Both the position numbers and the translations under genes were made by a program. This document shows positions 52,707 through 62,260 of a stretch of DNA of 64,000 nt, piece after piece. Position 1 is the first letter of the stretch; the number at the start of each line of letters is the position of its first letter. Source of the stretch: a bacterium (GTDB taxonomy: Bacteria > Hinthialibacterota > Hinthialibacteria > Hinthialibacterales > Hinthialibacteraceae); contig CAXXMV010000001.1 in NCBI GenBank assembly GCA_963662285.2, positions 160,001 through 224,000 on the forward strand. The letters run 5' to 3'. The notes below the pieces were generated by a model. The model did no database searches. It was not told where the DNA came from and was given only the letters and a program-made list of their open reading frames with translations.

Positions 52707-53316
52707 AATATAATTGTCACTCGTTCCTGCTCCGAGATCGATTACAAGCACGTTTCCTCGATTCTGGAGATCAGCCATGAATGAGAGCATCGCAGCAGTA
52801 GGTTCTTCTTGCATACCTACAATGTTGAATCCTGCCTGATTCATAATCTCATTGAGAGTCCTACGCTCATTGGAATCAAAATTAGCAGGATAAGAAAAAA
52901 AACAAGGAATGTCTTGAATGGATATTTTCAAAAGGTTTTCAATCCGCTTTTTTATTTCTTGAAGAAATAACAGGAGTGTTTCATTGGATGTAAAACATGC
53001 CGATTCGCTTGCAGCGTACGTTATTTCGGTATTTTTCAGCCCATTCTTGCCAATAAGAGAAATAATCCCATTACCTAATAACGCGCTGTTTTCGGCTTCA
53101 ATACCTATCAGGTACGAATCCTTTTCCTCAAAACTAATCAAACTGGGTATCAAAAGGTGCCCATTAAAAGAAAGGATATAGAAATAATGCGTTCCATTTT
53201 TTTCAATTGCGAGAATAACCTTGAGACCGCCGTTGCCGATATCGATCCCAAGCCACATTTTACCAATCCCTGAAAGATCAAGCTCCGGGCTGAAGATAGA
53301 CAGATTATCGCGTTTT

Positions 53317-53886
53317 TTACTGGTTATCATTGTTTTCCTCCTCTTTTGGGGATTCATCTTTGGCAAGAATTACGAGGGTTGGTTGAAAATAATGATTTCC
53401 AACGGATGCCCCAAACTGATAAATTTCGACAATAGAGCCCTCTGTGTGATTCTTGTCTGATTCAACCGTATCAAATATCTGTTGGTTCGTAGGATCGAAC
53501 GGATTTTTTTCCAATTCAAATGGATCAGGAATGATAATGCCAATCTGATTCAGGGAATGGAGAAGGATGTCGAGCTGTTTTTTTGCTGTCTTGTGCTGAT
53601 TGGAACGCATATCCTTGGTTTTAACAATCTTATAAAGATTCGTTAAGACTAAACAAAGGTTATGAATACCTATTGTTGCTTCCAGAAGCCGGTCAATATC
53701 TTCACGAATTCGAGTGATCGAGTCGGCGTAACTACCCAAATCATTGATTTGCTTGGAAAATCCATTTTCTTTTATTTCCAGAAGCAATACTTTCATCTCT
53801 TTCAAGAGTTGGATCAGTTGATTGTTTTGATTGTCCGGAAATGCTGAATTGAGTAATTGTTCATCTTGGGAATTCTTCTGACTCAT
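53317..53886 (-). CDS. GrpE-like nucleotide exchange factor
   Basis: Coiled coil followed by PFDPTNQQIFDTVE...GSIVEIYQFGASVGNHYFQPTLVILAK; overlaps the Hsp70 start. Confidence 0.8.
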   Translation of the reverse strand: MSQKNSQDEQLLNSAFPDNQNNQLIQLLKEMKVLLLEIKENGFSKQINDLGSYADSITRIREDIDRLLEATIGIHNLCLVLTNLYKIVKTKDMRSNQHKTAKKQLDILLHSLNQIGIIIPDPFELEKNPFDPTNQQIFDTVESDKNHTEGSIVEIYQFGASVGNHYFQPTLVILAKDESPKEEENNDNQ

Positions 53887-54148
53887 TTTCTTGGTCCTTT
53901 CTTTATTGTTTATTCGAGAACACGCCCTACGAATAAAAGCAAAATATTCCTTCAATCTTCATTGTTTGAATCCACGTTTTACTTTTTTTAAAAAAAATGA
54001 GCAAAACCTGGAAACTAAAAGTAAAAGGTGAAAAGAAAGTAAAAATTGAATTCTCTTATCACTTATAGGAATCGGAGGGTGGTTTTGCTCAAAAAAACTT
54101 TTTGCTTTTCAAAAAGATAATTACTGAAGTAACAGGAATGGGAATGCT

Positions 54149-54613
54149 ATGAACAGATTCAAACGAAACATACTCAAAGAGGTATGCGAGTCTACGGGTA
54201 TTGATGTCGAGAATATATGTGAATCGAAGTTATATCTGGCTATCGTGCAACTATCCAAAGAATTTCGAATGGAAATTATTGTTGGGAGTATAACAGCAGA
54301 AGCCGGTGATTCCGGTGAACTGACTTTGATTATCCAACCCAAATTTCCTTGTGCGACTTGCATGCGGCTCATGGACAAACCTCAGACACAAATTATTGGA
54401 TTAACACAATGCTGCAGAAGAATCTACTGCAAAAGTTGCGTTTCTTCTCATACAACCTGCCGGAAGTGTGGAACAAAAGTATGCGCATACTGTGGTGAAG
54501 ATTTGCGGCCAATACGAAGAGGATTGGTGATTCACAAAGGGAAATGTTTTGATGAAATGATAAATTCTTTGGAAAACGGCGGACATCTGAATTGGATAAC
54601 CTATAAAAAATAG
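54149..54613 (+). CDS. Multi-cysteine zinc-finger (RING-like) protein
   Basis: CATC, CC..YCKSC, CRKC, CAYC, HKGKC. Confidence 0.65.
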   Translation: MNRFKRNILKEVCESTGIDVENICESKLYLAIVQLSKEFRMEIIVGSITAEAGDSGELTLIIQPKFPCATCMRLMDKPQTQIIGLTQCCRRIYCKSCVSSHTTCRKCGTKVCAYCGEDLRPIRRGLVIHKGKCFDEMINSLENGGHLNWITYKK

Positions 54614-54624
54614 AGCGAGTATCA

Positions 54625-56598
54625 ATGATGAAATTTGATACACCTGAATTCCAAAAAGCAATCGAAAAAATTCGTTTTTTACTCTCGACTCCAGCAGCAC
54701 AAAATGATTGCAGATTGCAACGATACTACGCTCAATTTATCAAACGGCAATCAGAAAAAAAACTAAAGAGGATATTAGAGTATATTAAAAAGAAAGGTTA
54801 TGACAATTATAACCCACATGGAATTCGTATCGTCGATAAGAACGATCCAATTTCTAAGGGAGAGATTCCTCTTGGACATGATTCGGATTATAAAAATCCG
54901 GTTTATTTGACGCTGGATGAAATGGTCAGAAGTGCTTTAATCTGCGCTGAACCAGGTGCGGGGAAAACCTCTGAATTAATCCCACTCATAGAATCAAGTA
55001 TACACCATGGAATCAATCCATTAATTTTTGTAAAAAAACTGCATCAATTTGAATATATTGCAGATCCAAATAACGAACCATTTACTGTATTTGGATTGAA
55101 TGAGTTACGGTATTCAATGTTCGAATGTGATGATGAAACGGATTTTACTTTGTGGTGTCAGTTTATTGCCGGTCTTATCGTAAACATTTACAGTTTACAA
55201 AACAGTGCGGGATATTTGCTGAAAGCGGCAAAACTTTTAGCAGCGGATTGGCCTTTGGAGCGGCGGTTACAAGAAGGATTTCCAACCTGTTTTGATTTAT
55301 CTCAAAAACTCACCTCTCTGAAAACACCTTATCACGACAAAAAATATATTCATAGCGCTAACACCATTTTAATGACTATTTCGGAATCAACAGACCTCTT
55401 TCATGCAAGAAATGGAATGTACCAGTCCATCCTCTCACGGCCAACAATTGTCTATTATGAACCGGGAAAAACACAACTGGTTGAATTACTTCTTTCTTTA
55501 ATGGCGTATCGCTTTAAAAATGAGAATCAGAGATTACAACATGATCAGCGAAAATATTGGCTGATTATTTGGGATGATGCACAGGAATTTTTACTGGGCC
55601 GGATCAGTGATCGACTACCACCGATTGTGGAACTTATTTCCATCTTACGTGAGTTTTTGCTTGGATTTATTTTTTCATTTCAAACATTAAAGCAGATTGA
55701 TCCTCAAATTGCCGCGATTCCATGTACACGGATTGTTGGACGATTATCTGATGCTCACGAAGCCTACAACGCGACCAAAATTTTGGGGATTGACGAAACG
55801 TATGCGCCCCATATTTCCATACTGAACGACGGCCAATTTTTGGTGAAATCGCCGAACAGCCAAGGTGTTGTTTTATTTAAGGGTATTTATAAACCAATTC
55901 CGTTCCCTAAAGATCTGCAACAATGGATGTTGGATAATGAGCAAAGGAAAAGCCTGTATCAATGGACGCCATTTGAATTACAACAAGATGAATCTTTTAG
56001 CAAAAATAATGAAGATATATCAGAACTAGAAACCCGAATTTTCTGGCAGATTTTGAATCATCCTTTTGACACGAGAGACGAACACCAAAAATCTCTTAGC
56101 CTTTCTTCTTCAACAATCAATAAAAACACTCAAAAACTTGTTGATCGGCAATATCTGAAAAAACATAAAATTTCTCATTGGGTTGCTTATGAAATTTTGG
56201 AACAAGGATGGATCTTTTCCAATCAAAAACCGACGGTGCATAAAGGCGGTTACCCGCATGAATTCGCTGTAGATAGAATCCAGCGCATGTTGAACGCAAA
56301 TGGATTCACCGTTCAACGAGAACAAACACTGCCCCCAACAAACCACCCCATCGATCTTGTCGCAATAAAAGATGGCATAATCGTGGCTGTTGAAATCGAA
56401 ACGGGGAAATCAAATATTGTTTCAAATATCTTAAACTGCAAAAAAACAACGGCAAACCAAATTGTTATCGTCGGAATTACGGATATTACAACGAGAAAAA
56501 TTTGTAAAGACATTAAAGATAATCCTGAATTGGAGCCTTCAGTCATGACCAATCGTCTCCAAGTAATCAGCCTGTGGAATTTTTTGCATGAAAAATAA
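54625..56598 (+). CDS. HerA/VirB4/VirD4-like ATPase fused to wHTH and PD-(D/E)xK-like nuclease domain
   Basis: Walker A AEPGAGKT, Walker B LIIWDDAQ, LREFLLGFIFSFQ; C-terminal HEFAV...PIDLVAIK...AVEIETGKS. Confidence 0.85.
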   Translation: MMKFDTPEFQKAIEKIRFLLSTPAAQNDCRLQRYYAQFIKRQSEKKLKRILEYIKKKGYDNYNPHGIRIVDKNDPISKGEIPLGHDSDYKNPVYLTLDEMVRSALICAEPGAGKTSELIPLIESSIHHGINPLIFVKKLHQFEYIADPNNEPFTVFGLNELRYSMFECDDETDFTLWCQFIAGLIVNIYSLQNSAGYLLKAAKLLAADWPLERRLQEGFPTCFDLSQKLTSLKTPYHDKKYIHSANTILMTISESTDLFHARNGMYQSILSRPTIVYYEPGKTQLVELLLSLMAYRFKNENQRLQHDQRKYWLIIWDDAQEFLLGRISDRLPPIVELISILREFLLGFIFSFQTLKQIDPQIAAIPCTRIVGRLSDAHEAYNATKILGIDETYAPHISILNDGQFLVKSPNSQGVVLFKGIYKPIPFPKDLQQWMLDNEQRKSLYQWTPFELQQDESFSKNNEDISELETRIFWQILNHPFDTRDEHQKSLSLSSSTINKNTQKLVDRQYLKKHKISHWVAYEILEQGWIFSNQKPTVHKGGYPHEFAVDRIQRMLNANGFTVQREQTLPPTNHPIDLVAIKDGIIVAVEIETGKSNIVSNILNCKKTTANQIVIVGITDITTRKICKDIKDNPELEPSVMTNRLQVISLWNFLHEK

Positions 56599-56641
56599 AG
56601 CATTTTATTCATCCATTTATTTTCGAGAAAGGATATTGATC

Positions 56642-56872
56642 ATGAACAGTGCAGAACGATTTGAGTATTGGGTATCGATGGCCGTTGCCTTAGCACTTAT
56701 TTTGGTAGGTGCAAACTATTACCCCGGCGTCGAAAAAATCTTCTTTGAGCGGGGAGGTATTTTAATCTTTATCATTGTGGCTATTTGGATACCGTTTAGG
56801 ACTCCTTCTTCCAATGAAAAAGGAAAAAAACCGGTCTTTTTCTGGGATGATGACAACGATGAAAAGAGGTAG
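56642..56872 (+). CDS. Small two-TM membrane protein
   Basis: Two hydrophobic segments, AAGGA RBS, operonic with the ATPase. Confidence 0.55.
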   Translation: MNSAERFEYWVSMAVALALILVGANYYPGVEKIFFERGGILIFIIVAIWIPFRTPSSNEKGKKPVFFWDDDNDEKR

Positions 56873-56875
56873 AAA

Positions 56876-57103
56876 ATGAATGGTTTCGATAAACAAAAAA
56901 AGATGAATTCAGAACACCGTGATTATCATAAAAAAATTGTTCTGGACAGTTTTTGCGATCCATTTGTGCGGATTGTGCAGGAAGACCAAGAGTTTTCGGA
57001 TAACTCACAACCTGGCCCATCCCGCTGGTCTATTGAAAGGAAAACATTTTATGCGATCCTCATTTTTGCTCTACTGGCACTTATACTTGTTCTTCGGCTA
57101 TAG
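56876..57103 (+). CDS. Small C-terminally anchored membrane protein
   Basis: GAGG RBS, C-terminal TM helix. Confidence 0.55.
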   Translation: MNGFDKQKKMNSEHRDYHKKIVLDSFCDPFVRIVQEDQEFSDNSQPGPSRWSIERKTFYAILIFALLALILVLRL

Positions 57104-57152
57104 GAAAAACAAGTATTGTCGTGAACATTTTTTGCCATAAGCAACCATAGTT

Positions 57153-57190
57153 AACGCAGAACAGAAATTGTTCTGCGTTTTATTTTTATT
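57153..57190 (+). terminator. Intrinsic terminator
   Basis: AACGCAGAACA-GAAAT-TGTTCTGCGTT followed by a T-rich tract. Confidence 0.7.
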
Positions 57191-57630
57191 TCCCAGGCTC
57201 ATATAACTCTAAAAAAGAAAATAAAATCCATCATACAACGGTCGATTCAACGAAATGACCACTAATGCAATTATTGCAAACAAGTACCCCACTCTCAGAA
57301 TGAAAAGGAAGGGGAAACTTGAAAATCAAAAACCAAATATCCGGTCCAATGGGTCGGATTCCCAATCAATAAAAGCCCTCAAGGGCTATCATGAAAACAC
57401 ATCATATCGCCCGTTCCGAAGGAACGGGCCTCAATAAATGAGTCCGAAGGACCATCATGAGGTCAAAATAAATCGCTCATCCAAAAGAACAGGTTTCAAA
57501 AAATGAGCCAATACATTCATCAATTATTCTAATATTCTGCATCATCTGTGCTGAAATAAATAAGTTCGATACACATCTATTATCCATTAATGGATCGAAC
57601 CAATAATCGTAAAAATGAAAAAAGAGGGGA

Positions 57631-57900
57631 TTATCCCCTCAATATTTTCACTTTTCGACAGAACGCCTGAACACGTTGTTGCTCCCATGGGTGAATAACA
57701 CGGGCCTTACGTTCCCGTTCAATCTCCTTATAAACCTCGGTAGCCGCACGAGGATTTATATCGCAAAACTCCTCTTGGAGATCAGGATCGCTTGCTCTTG
57801 CAAGACTCCTTTCTTGCTCAACACCGTCGAGTCCCAAATCGTCCGATTCGTCACTGCTGTTGTTGATGCTAAAACACAATTCAAATTCTCTTATATCCAT
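57631..57900 (-). CDS. Small hypothetical protein
   Basis: GGAGG RBS 8 nt before ATG 57900. Confidence 0.55.
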   Translation of the reverse strand: MDIREFELCFSINNSSDESDDLGLDGVEQERSLARASDPDLQEEFCDINPRAATEVYKEIERERKARVIHPWEQQRVQAFCRKVKILRG

Positions 57901-58151
57901 TTTCATTACCTCCGAAGGAGACCATCTTTGTTGGCTCTTCACATCTCGAAGAGCCACAAAGGAATGGACTATCAAATAATCCAGCGAAATAGAAAGAGTC
58001 GGAGCGTTAAGTGGGCCACAACGATAAATGTTTCGTTCTCGACTATCAAAAATTGTGAATAAATCGAAGAACGAACCATTTACGTTTGTGGACTGCGGCT
58101 CAGACCAAACCTTAAAAATCGCGGATTCTTTGATCTATAAAGACTCAAAAA

Positions 58152-58526
58152 TCACTTTTTCTTCTCCAGATCAATTCCAACATCATGAAAGAAACGCCTG
58201 AATAAAACAAAAGATCGCTGTAACACATGTAAATCAAAAGAGATGTTCCCATCCTTCGTTTCTTCTTCCACAAGTTTCTTGTGGTAATAACTCAAAACCT
58301 TCTTTTCTAAAAGCGATGCAAACTGCGACAATCGAACAAACTCAAAAAAATCGAGAACCAGCGGTTCCCCAAGATACTTTGCATATGTTTTCTCGTAATA
58401 TCGCTTTTCCTGGTTATAGGGTTCAAGCCCGGATGAATACAATCCGGTATTGTTCGTATAGCCATTGAACTTGTCATATTTCCCTTCAATGGGAGAGTTA
58501 AAATACTTATCAATGTTGATACTCAT
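58152..58526 (-). CDS. Hypothetical protein
   Basis: AGGAGG RBS before ATG 58526. Confidence 0.6.
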   Translation of the reverse strand: MSINIDKYFNSPIEGKYDKFNGYTNNTGLYSSGLEPYNQEKRYYEKTYAKYLGEPLVLDFFEFVRLSQFASLLEKKVLSYYHKKLVEEETKDGNISFDLHVLQRSFVLFRRFFHDVGIDLEKKK

Positions 58527-58618
58527 TTTTCCATCCTCCTGTGAACCACTCAATTCGGTGGTTCTCCTATCAATGGAGAGAAACCACCGAAAAACAGTAT
58601 TCTAAGAAAACAACGCCC

Positions 58619-58912
58619 CTATTGGAGCGTTGTTTGAAGCAATTGCTCTTCTTCCAGGTTCAACTCTGGATTTCCCTCATTGAACAGATCCATGACGGAA
58701 AAAAGACTGCGCAGATCGTCTGCTTGACACCAGATTTGCTGATTGTTCCATTCACCAGTTGAGCGATTCTTCTGGCTGTATTGAATACACACCCGGAATG
58801 TTTCGATTATCCTATCGGTCTGAAATGATTCATTCCGAATTACTTTCTCTTGTTTCCAGAGACTGATCTGGAAGCGGCCATTTCGCGTTTTGTATATAGG
58901 TTTTGTTTTCAT
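58619..58912 (-). CDS. Small beta-rich putative nucleic-acid-binding protein (paralog of 59753-60064)
   Basis: KPIYKTRNGRFQISLW...YSQKNRSTGEW...DDL; GAGGTG RBS. Confidence 0.65.
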   Translation of the reverse strand: MKTKPIYKTRNGRFQISLWKQEKVIRNESFQTDRIIETFRVCIQYSQKNRSTGEWNNQQIWCQADDLRSLFSVMDLFNEGNPELNLEEEQLLQTTLQ

Positions 58913-58999
58913 TGATTTCACCTCTTGTCCAATCGGACGTTTCTACTCAGTAAAACGTTCGATTCTAGAGAGGTGAAATATTCAATGAAACAATCCTAT
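58896..58999. promoter_or_regulatory. 104-bp imperfect inverted repeat covering the RBS and start of 58619-58912
   Basis: ATAGG-TTGTTT-TCATTGA-TTTCACCTCT-AATCG-ACGTTT pairs with AAACGT-CGATT-AGAGGTGAAA-TCAATGA-AACAA-CCTAT. Confidence 0.75.
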
Positions 59000-59036
59000 C
59001 AAAGAGCGTTTGACGCTTCAGCTGTGTCGTTGGAAT

Positions 59037-59357
59037 TCAGGTGGGTGAATAATGATCGGGGGAATCGGGCCCTCGTTTGAATTTATCAATTGGCAAAAAA
59101 CCCATTTCAAGGAAGATCTTATCCAAAATAGAAAATCCCTTTCGAGCGAGCCTCCATCTACAGCGCAATTCTGCGATATGATCCCGATTTGGCTTTTCAG
59201 AAAGTCTCTCTTTTCTGATCCGATTTCGAAAGTACTCATCGATTTTCTTTTCTAAATATCCTTGGCGTGAATAGCATTTCCAAAGGAAATGATGTTCAGC
59301 CATTTTTTCATTTATCTTCTTTATGATTTCATCTTCTCTTTTTTCATTCACTCTCAA
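59037..59357 (-). CDS. Hypothetical basic protein
   Basis: ORF overlaps the upstream gene stop (ATTGA-type coupling). Confidence 0.5.
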   Translation of the reverse strand: MRVNEKREDEIIKKINEKMAEHHFLWKCYSRQGYLEKKIDEYFRNRIRKERLSEKPNRDHIAELRCRWRLARKGFSILDKIFLEMGFLPIDKFKRGPDSPDHYSPT

Positions 59358-59752
59358 TCACCTTTGTTGTGACCGATCATATTTAATGGCCGGTCGCATT
59401 CATACCTTAAGGAAAACTCTCGTCTGAGATCTTCCCAATTGTCGTCAATAAACACAAACCGATTGTTCTTTGGAACCAGCAATACTCCAAAACATTTCGA
59501 ATCAAACACAAAAAAACCTAAATGAGAGATGGCATGCGGATTATCTCTTACGTAGCATTCAATTACGTTATCTTTGGGATGAAAAAGCGTATGTCCTTTC
59601 GTTGGTTGAAGAATGTACGCTCCATCTGGGTCATCAAGGCGCCTGATCTGGTCAAATCCGGTTTCAGCAAGCGCCTGAATGGCGGGAGCCGGGAGAAAAT
59701 CAAACTCCCGGCTAATCCAATCCCCAATGGGCTCTTTTTGCTTGGATTCCAT
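59354..59752 (-). CDS. Hypothetical protein of mobile-element type
   Basis: GAGGTG RBS, abuts the upstream stop. Confidence 0.6.
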   Translation of the reverse strand: MESKQKEPIGDWISREFDFLPAPAIQALAETGFDQIRRLDDPDGAYILQPTKGHTLFHPKDNVIECYVRDNPHAISHLGFFVFDSKCFGVLLVPKNNRFVFIDDNWEDLRREFSLRYECDRPLNMIGHNKGD

Positions 59753-60064
59753 TTATATCACCTCAAGCCACTCATCACCTTGCATTTCTGCGTAGTATTG
59801 ATCCGTCTCTTCAATTGGCTGCTCGGAGCGATAGTTTGATAGTTCCAGGTAAGTTTCTGCCCGCATCAAGACATAAAGCGCCTTTCGTATATCTCTTGGT
59901 TCAAATACCGTACTTGTCCGCCATTTTCCATCCTTCTTGTATCGTTTGCCAAACGATATTTGAAGGGTTCTTATCTCTTTCCCATCCTTCTTGAAACTCA
60001 CCGGAAATAACGATGCCCGGACATTTTCTCTATCAAATACCTGTACTGGTTTTTTCTTTTCCAT
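59753..60064 (-). CDS. Small beta-rich putative nucleic-acid-binding protein
   Basis: KPVQVFDRENVRASLF...KRYKKDGKWRTSTVF..RDI with acidic tail; GAGGTG RBS. Confidence 0.65.
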   Translation of the reverse strand: MEKKKPVQVFDRENVRASLFPVSFKKDGKEIRTLQISFGKRYKKDGKWRTSTVFEPRDIRKALYVLMRAETYLELSNYRSEQPIEETDQYYAEMQGDEWLEVI

Positions 60065-60512
60065 GTTTTCACCTCGCAACGATGGCGATACCCGATTGTC
60101 CATCGTTGCACAAAGCTTAAATAGAAGTTCATGCACTCTTTATGAGTCCTAAGTGACAACGATTTTGACCGGCTACAGAACCCGCAACATGCGCTAATCC
60201 AACAAAAAAGAGCAGCGATATATTCGAACGCTAATGGAAAGGAGACGTCTATGGTGCAATACTCAAGCCCACCAATAACCGACATCTTTCAGGATTTGGA
60301 AGTTTGGGTGATTCATCACCCATTAGGAGCAGTATTGCTCGTTTTGATAGCATGGGGCCTCTGGTTCCGCAAAGATCGCGGGTATTAACCAGTGATCTGG
60401 TCAAAATCAGGCGATGCGAGGATTCATCTTCGCATCGCTACTTTCTTTTAGGGGTGAATCTTTTGCACAAAAGATTGGGTGGGTGGGATTCAATTAATCA
60501 AAAAAAGCCGCA

Positions 60513-60695
60513 TCAATGAATCGGCAAACTAACGCTCATTTTGTTCCATATCGTAAAAAAAAGGTCATCTTTGAACGTTTCAACGACCTCACCGTTTATT
60601 GAATCACTTATCTTGGACTTCGGGCATTCTTGGTCATCACAGTATGCGCAATCAAGGTACTCATTGTATTTAGAGCAATATTTTCCTTCACTCAT
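60513..60695 (-). CDS. Small cysteine-rich protein
   Basis: C..YNEYLDCAYCDDQEC, AAGG RBS. Confidence 0.35.
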   Translation of the reverse strand: MSEGKYCSKYNEYLDCAYCDDQECPKSKISDSINGEVVETFKDDLFFTIWNKMSVSLPIH

Positions 60696-60920
60696 TTCTT
60701 TTTTCCTTTCAAAACCAACTATCTGAATGACTTATATGGGCAACAAAATTCGCCTTCTGGAAATAGAAGAGAAAATATCCTTTCTATATACACACGGTGG
60801 CAGATGATTTTGAATAAAAAATTCTTCAAAACTCTGATCTGAAAAATATATATAGAAGGCACAAAACAATTTTTTGGTGGTATTTCTCCGATAACTTTAA
60901 AGAAAATAAGGGGTTATGTC

Positions 60921-61292
60921 ATGAATTCCGTGATTCTTTATTCCCGGTGTGGAATTACTCGTGAGGTATTCTTGATTGTCTTTTGTCCAAATCAATCAAA
61001 CGGTTACGACTTTATCGAAACGAGAAAGGCCTATAGTTCACAGAATGGAATTACAAACAACAAGAGAATAGTGATTGGGAACATGAATTGGACCAATTAT
61101 AGCGGCTGTCCCTATTGCGAAAACCTCTGGCTTGTGAAGTGTAATCGATGTAGCTACCTGACCTGTCTAGGTCATATTATTGGCAAAAATTTTGTTTGCC
61201 AGTGGTGCCTAAGTCCTGGAATTATTGATGGCGTCTTTACGGAATTGGAAGGAACTCAACAACAAATGCCAACCGGTATTACGAGGTTTTGA
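60921..61292 (+). CDS. TerY-C-like metal-binding protein
   Basis: GCPYC...KCNRC..LTC...CQWC...G cysteine pattern. Confidence 0.65.
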   Translation: MNSVILYSRCGITREVFLIVFCPNQSNGYDFIETRKAYSSQNGITNNKRIVIGNMNWTNYSGCPYCENLWLVKCNRCSYLTCLGHIIGKNFVCQWCLSPGIIDGVFTELEGTQQQMPTGITRF

Positions 61293-61295
61293 ATC

Positions 61296-61880
61296 ATGCA
61301 AACAAATATTGTAGGAGTAGAGGAATCTTGGAATCCTGTGACCGATTGTAACAAATCGAGCTTTGGAAACCAGAATAACCAGGCAGATCAAATGCCTTAC
61401 CGGCTGCAGGCTAAGGGGAAACAGGACAATTCAAAAAGATTTCAAGTGACTTGTCACAGTGCCGAACTCAAACGCCCGTTTTCGTGGAAAAATCCCCGCT
61501 TGGTGTTCGTCAATTCTACAGTTGATCTATTTCATGACGATGTCCCTTTGAATTTCATTTACGGAGCATTTCTTGTCATGTCTCATACGAGACAACACAC
61601 TTATCAAATATTGACGAAGCATTCTGAACGGCTTCTTGAACTTAACTCCGAACTTCGCTGGGAATCGAACATCTGGATGGGAGTTTGCGTGGAAGATCAA
61701 GAACATCTTTACCGGATTGAACATCTCCGTAGAACCGGTGCTACCAATAAACTTGTATCGTTCAAACCAACGTTTGAATCAGTGACAGACATTGATCTGA
61801 CCGGTATTGATTGGGTGATATCTGGTGGTGAATCCGGTCCAAGATTCCGGCCAGTAGATCGGAAGTGGGTGCGAAGATGA
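61296..61880 (+). CDS. DUF5131 / phage Gp37Gp68-family protein, degenerate
   Basis: SWNPVT, FVNSTVDLFH, HTYQILTK, NIWMGVCVE, IDWVISGGESG; cysteine motif lost and C-terminus short. Confidence 0.8.
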   Translation: MQTNIVGVEESWNPVTDCNKSSFGNQNNQADQMPYRLQAKGKQDNSKRFQVTCHSAELKRPFSWKNPRLVFVNSTVDLFHDDVPLNFIYGAFLVMSHTRQHTYQILTKHSERLLELNSELRWESNIWMGVCVEDQEHLYRIEHLRRTGATNKLVSFKPTFESVTDIDLTGIDWVISGGESGPRFRPVDRKWVRR

Positions 61881-61920
61881 AAATTGTCGGTCGTAATGTT
61901 CAAGGAAAGGATAATAAAAA

Positions 61921-62235
61921 ATGAAAAAGCAAGATATTAAATTAGGGAAATTTTATGTGGTTCGAAGAAGAGGATATCGGACAATTGCAAAAATTGTTAG
62001 AAGAATGCCAACACAAAAGATGTTTTTCTTTTCAAATCACCCTCCACGCCAATATTTACTTGTTGGCGGTTATGACTTTGCAATTGGGAAACAATTTGAG
62101 GTTTTACCTCAAAATGCTCTATGCGAAGTAACAGAACAACAAGCAAAGGACTTTGCAAAAACGAACGGGATTAAATTTGATTCTTGCCCAGAAGTAAAAC
62201 ATTACGACGAAAACCGGAAAACTTCTCTATTTTGA
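61921..62235 (+). CDS. Hypothetical protein
   Basis: AAGGA RBS, operonic position. Confidence 0.5.
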   Translation: MKKQDIKLGKFYVVRRRGYRTIAKIVRRMPTQKMFFFSNHPPRQYLLVGGYDFAIGKQFEVLPQNALCEVTEQQAKDFAKTNGIKFDSCPEVKHYDENRKTSLF

Positions 62236-62260
62236 TAAAAGATAAGCATTCACAAAGGAT

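Larger units (their letters stand above)
49428..53330 (-). pseudogene. Hsp70 (DnaK-like) gene interrupted by an IS; about 522 aa when reconstructed
   Basis: N-part GIDIG, SYPANF, EEPTAA, VIDLGAGTSD; C-part AGIDFD, AAKDAKHQL, ILTGGTSRIP, VALG, RNTPIP; removing the IS and one TSD restores the frame. Confidence 0.9.

Noticed and set aside
49428-53886. Housekeeping dnaK-grpE operon
   Set aside because: Sequences are highly divergent, lack the DnaK lid, are IS-disrupted and lie inside an integrative element
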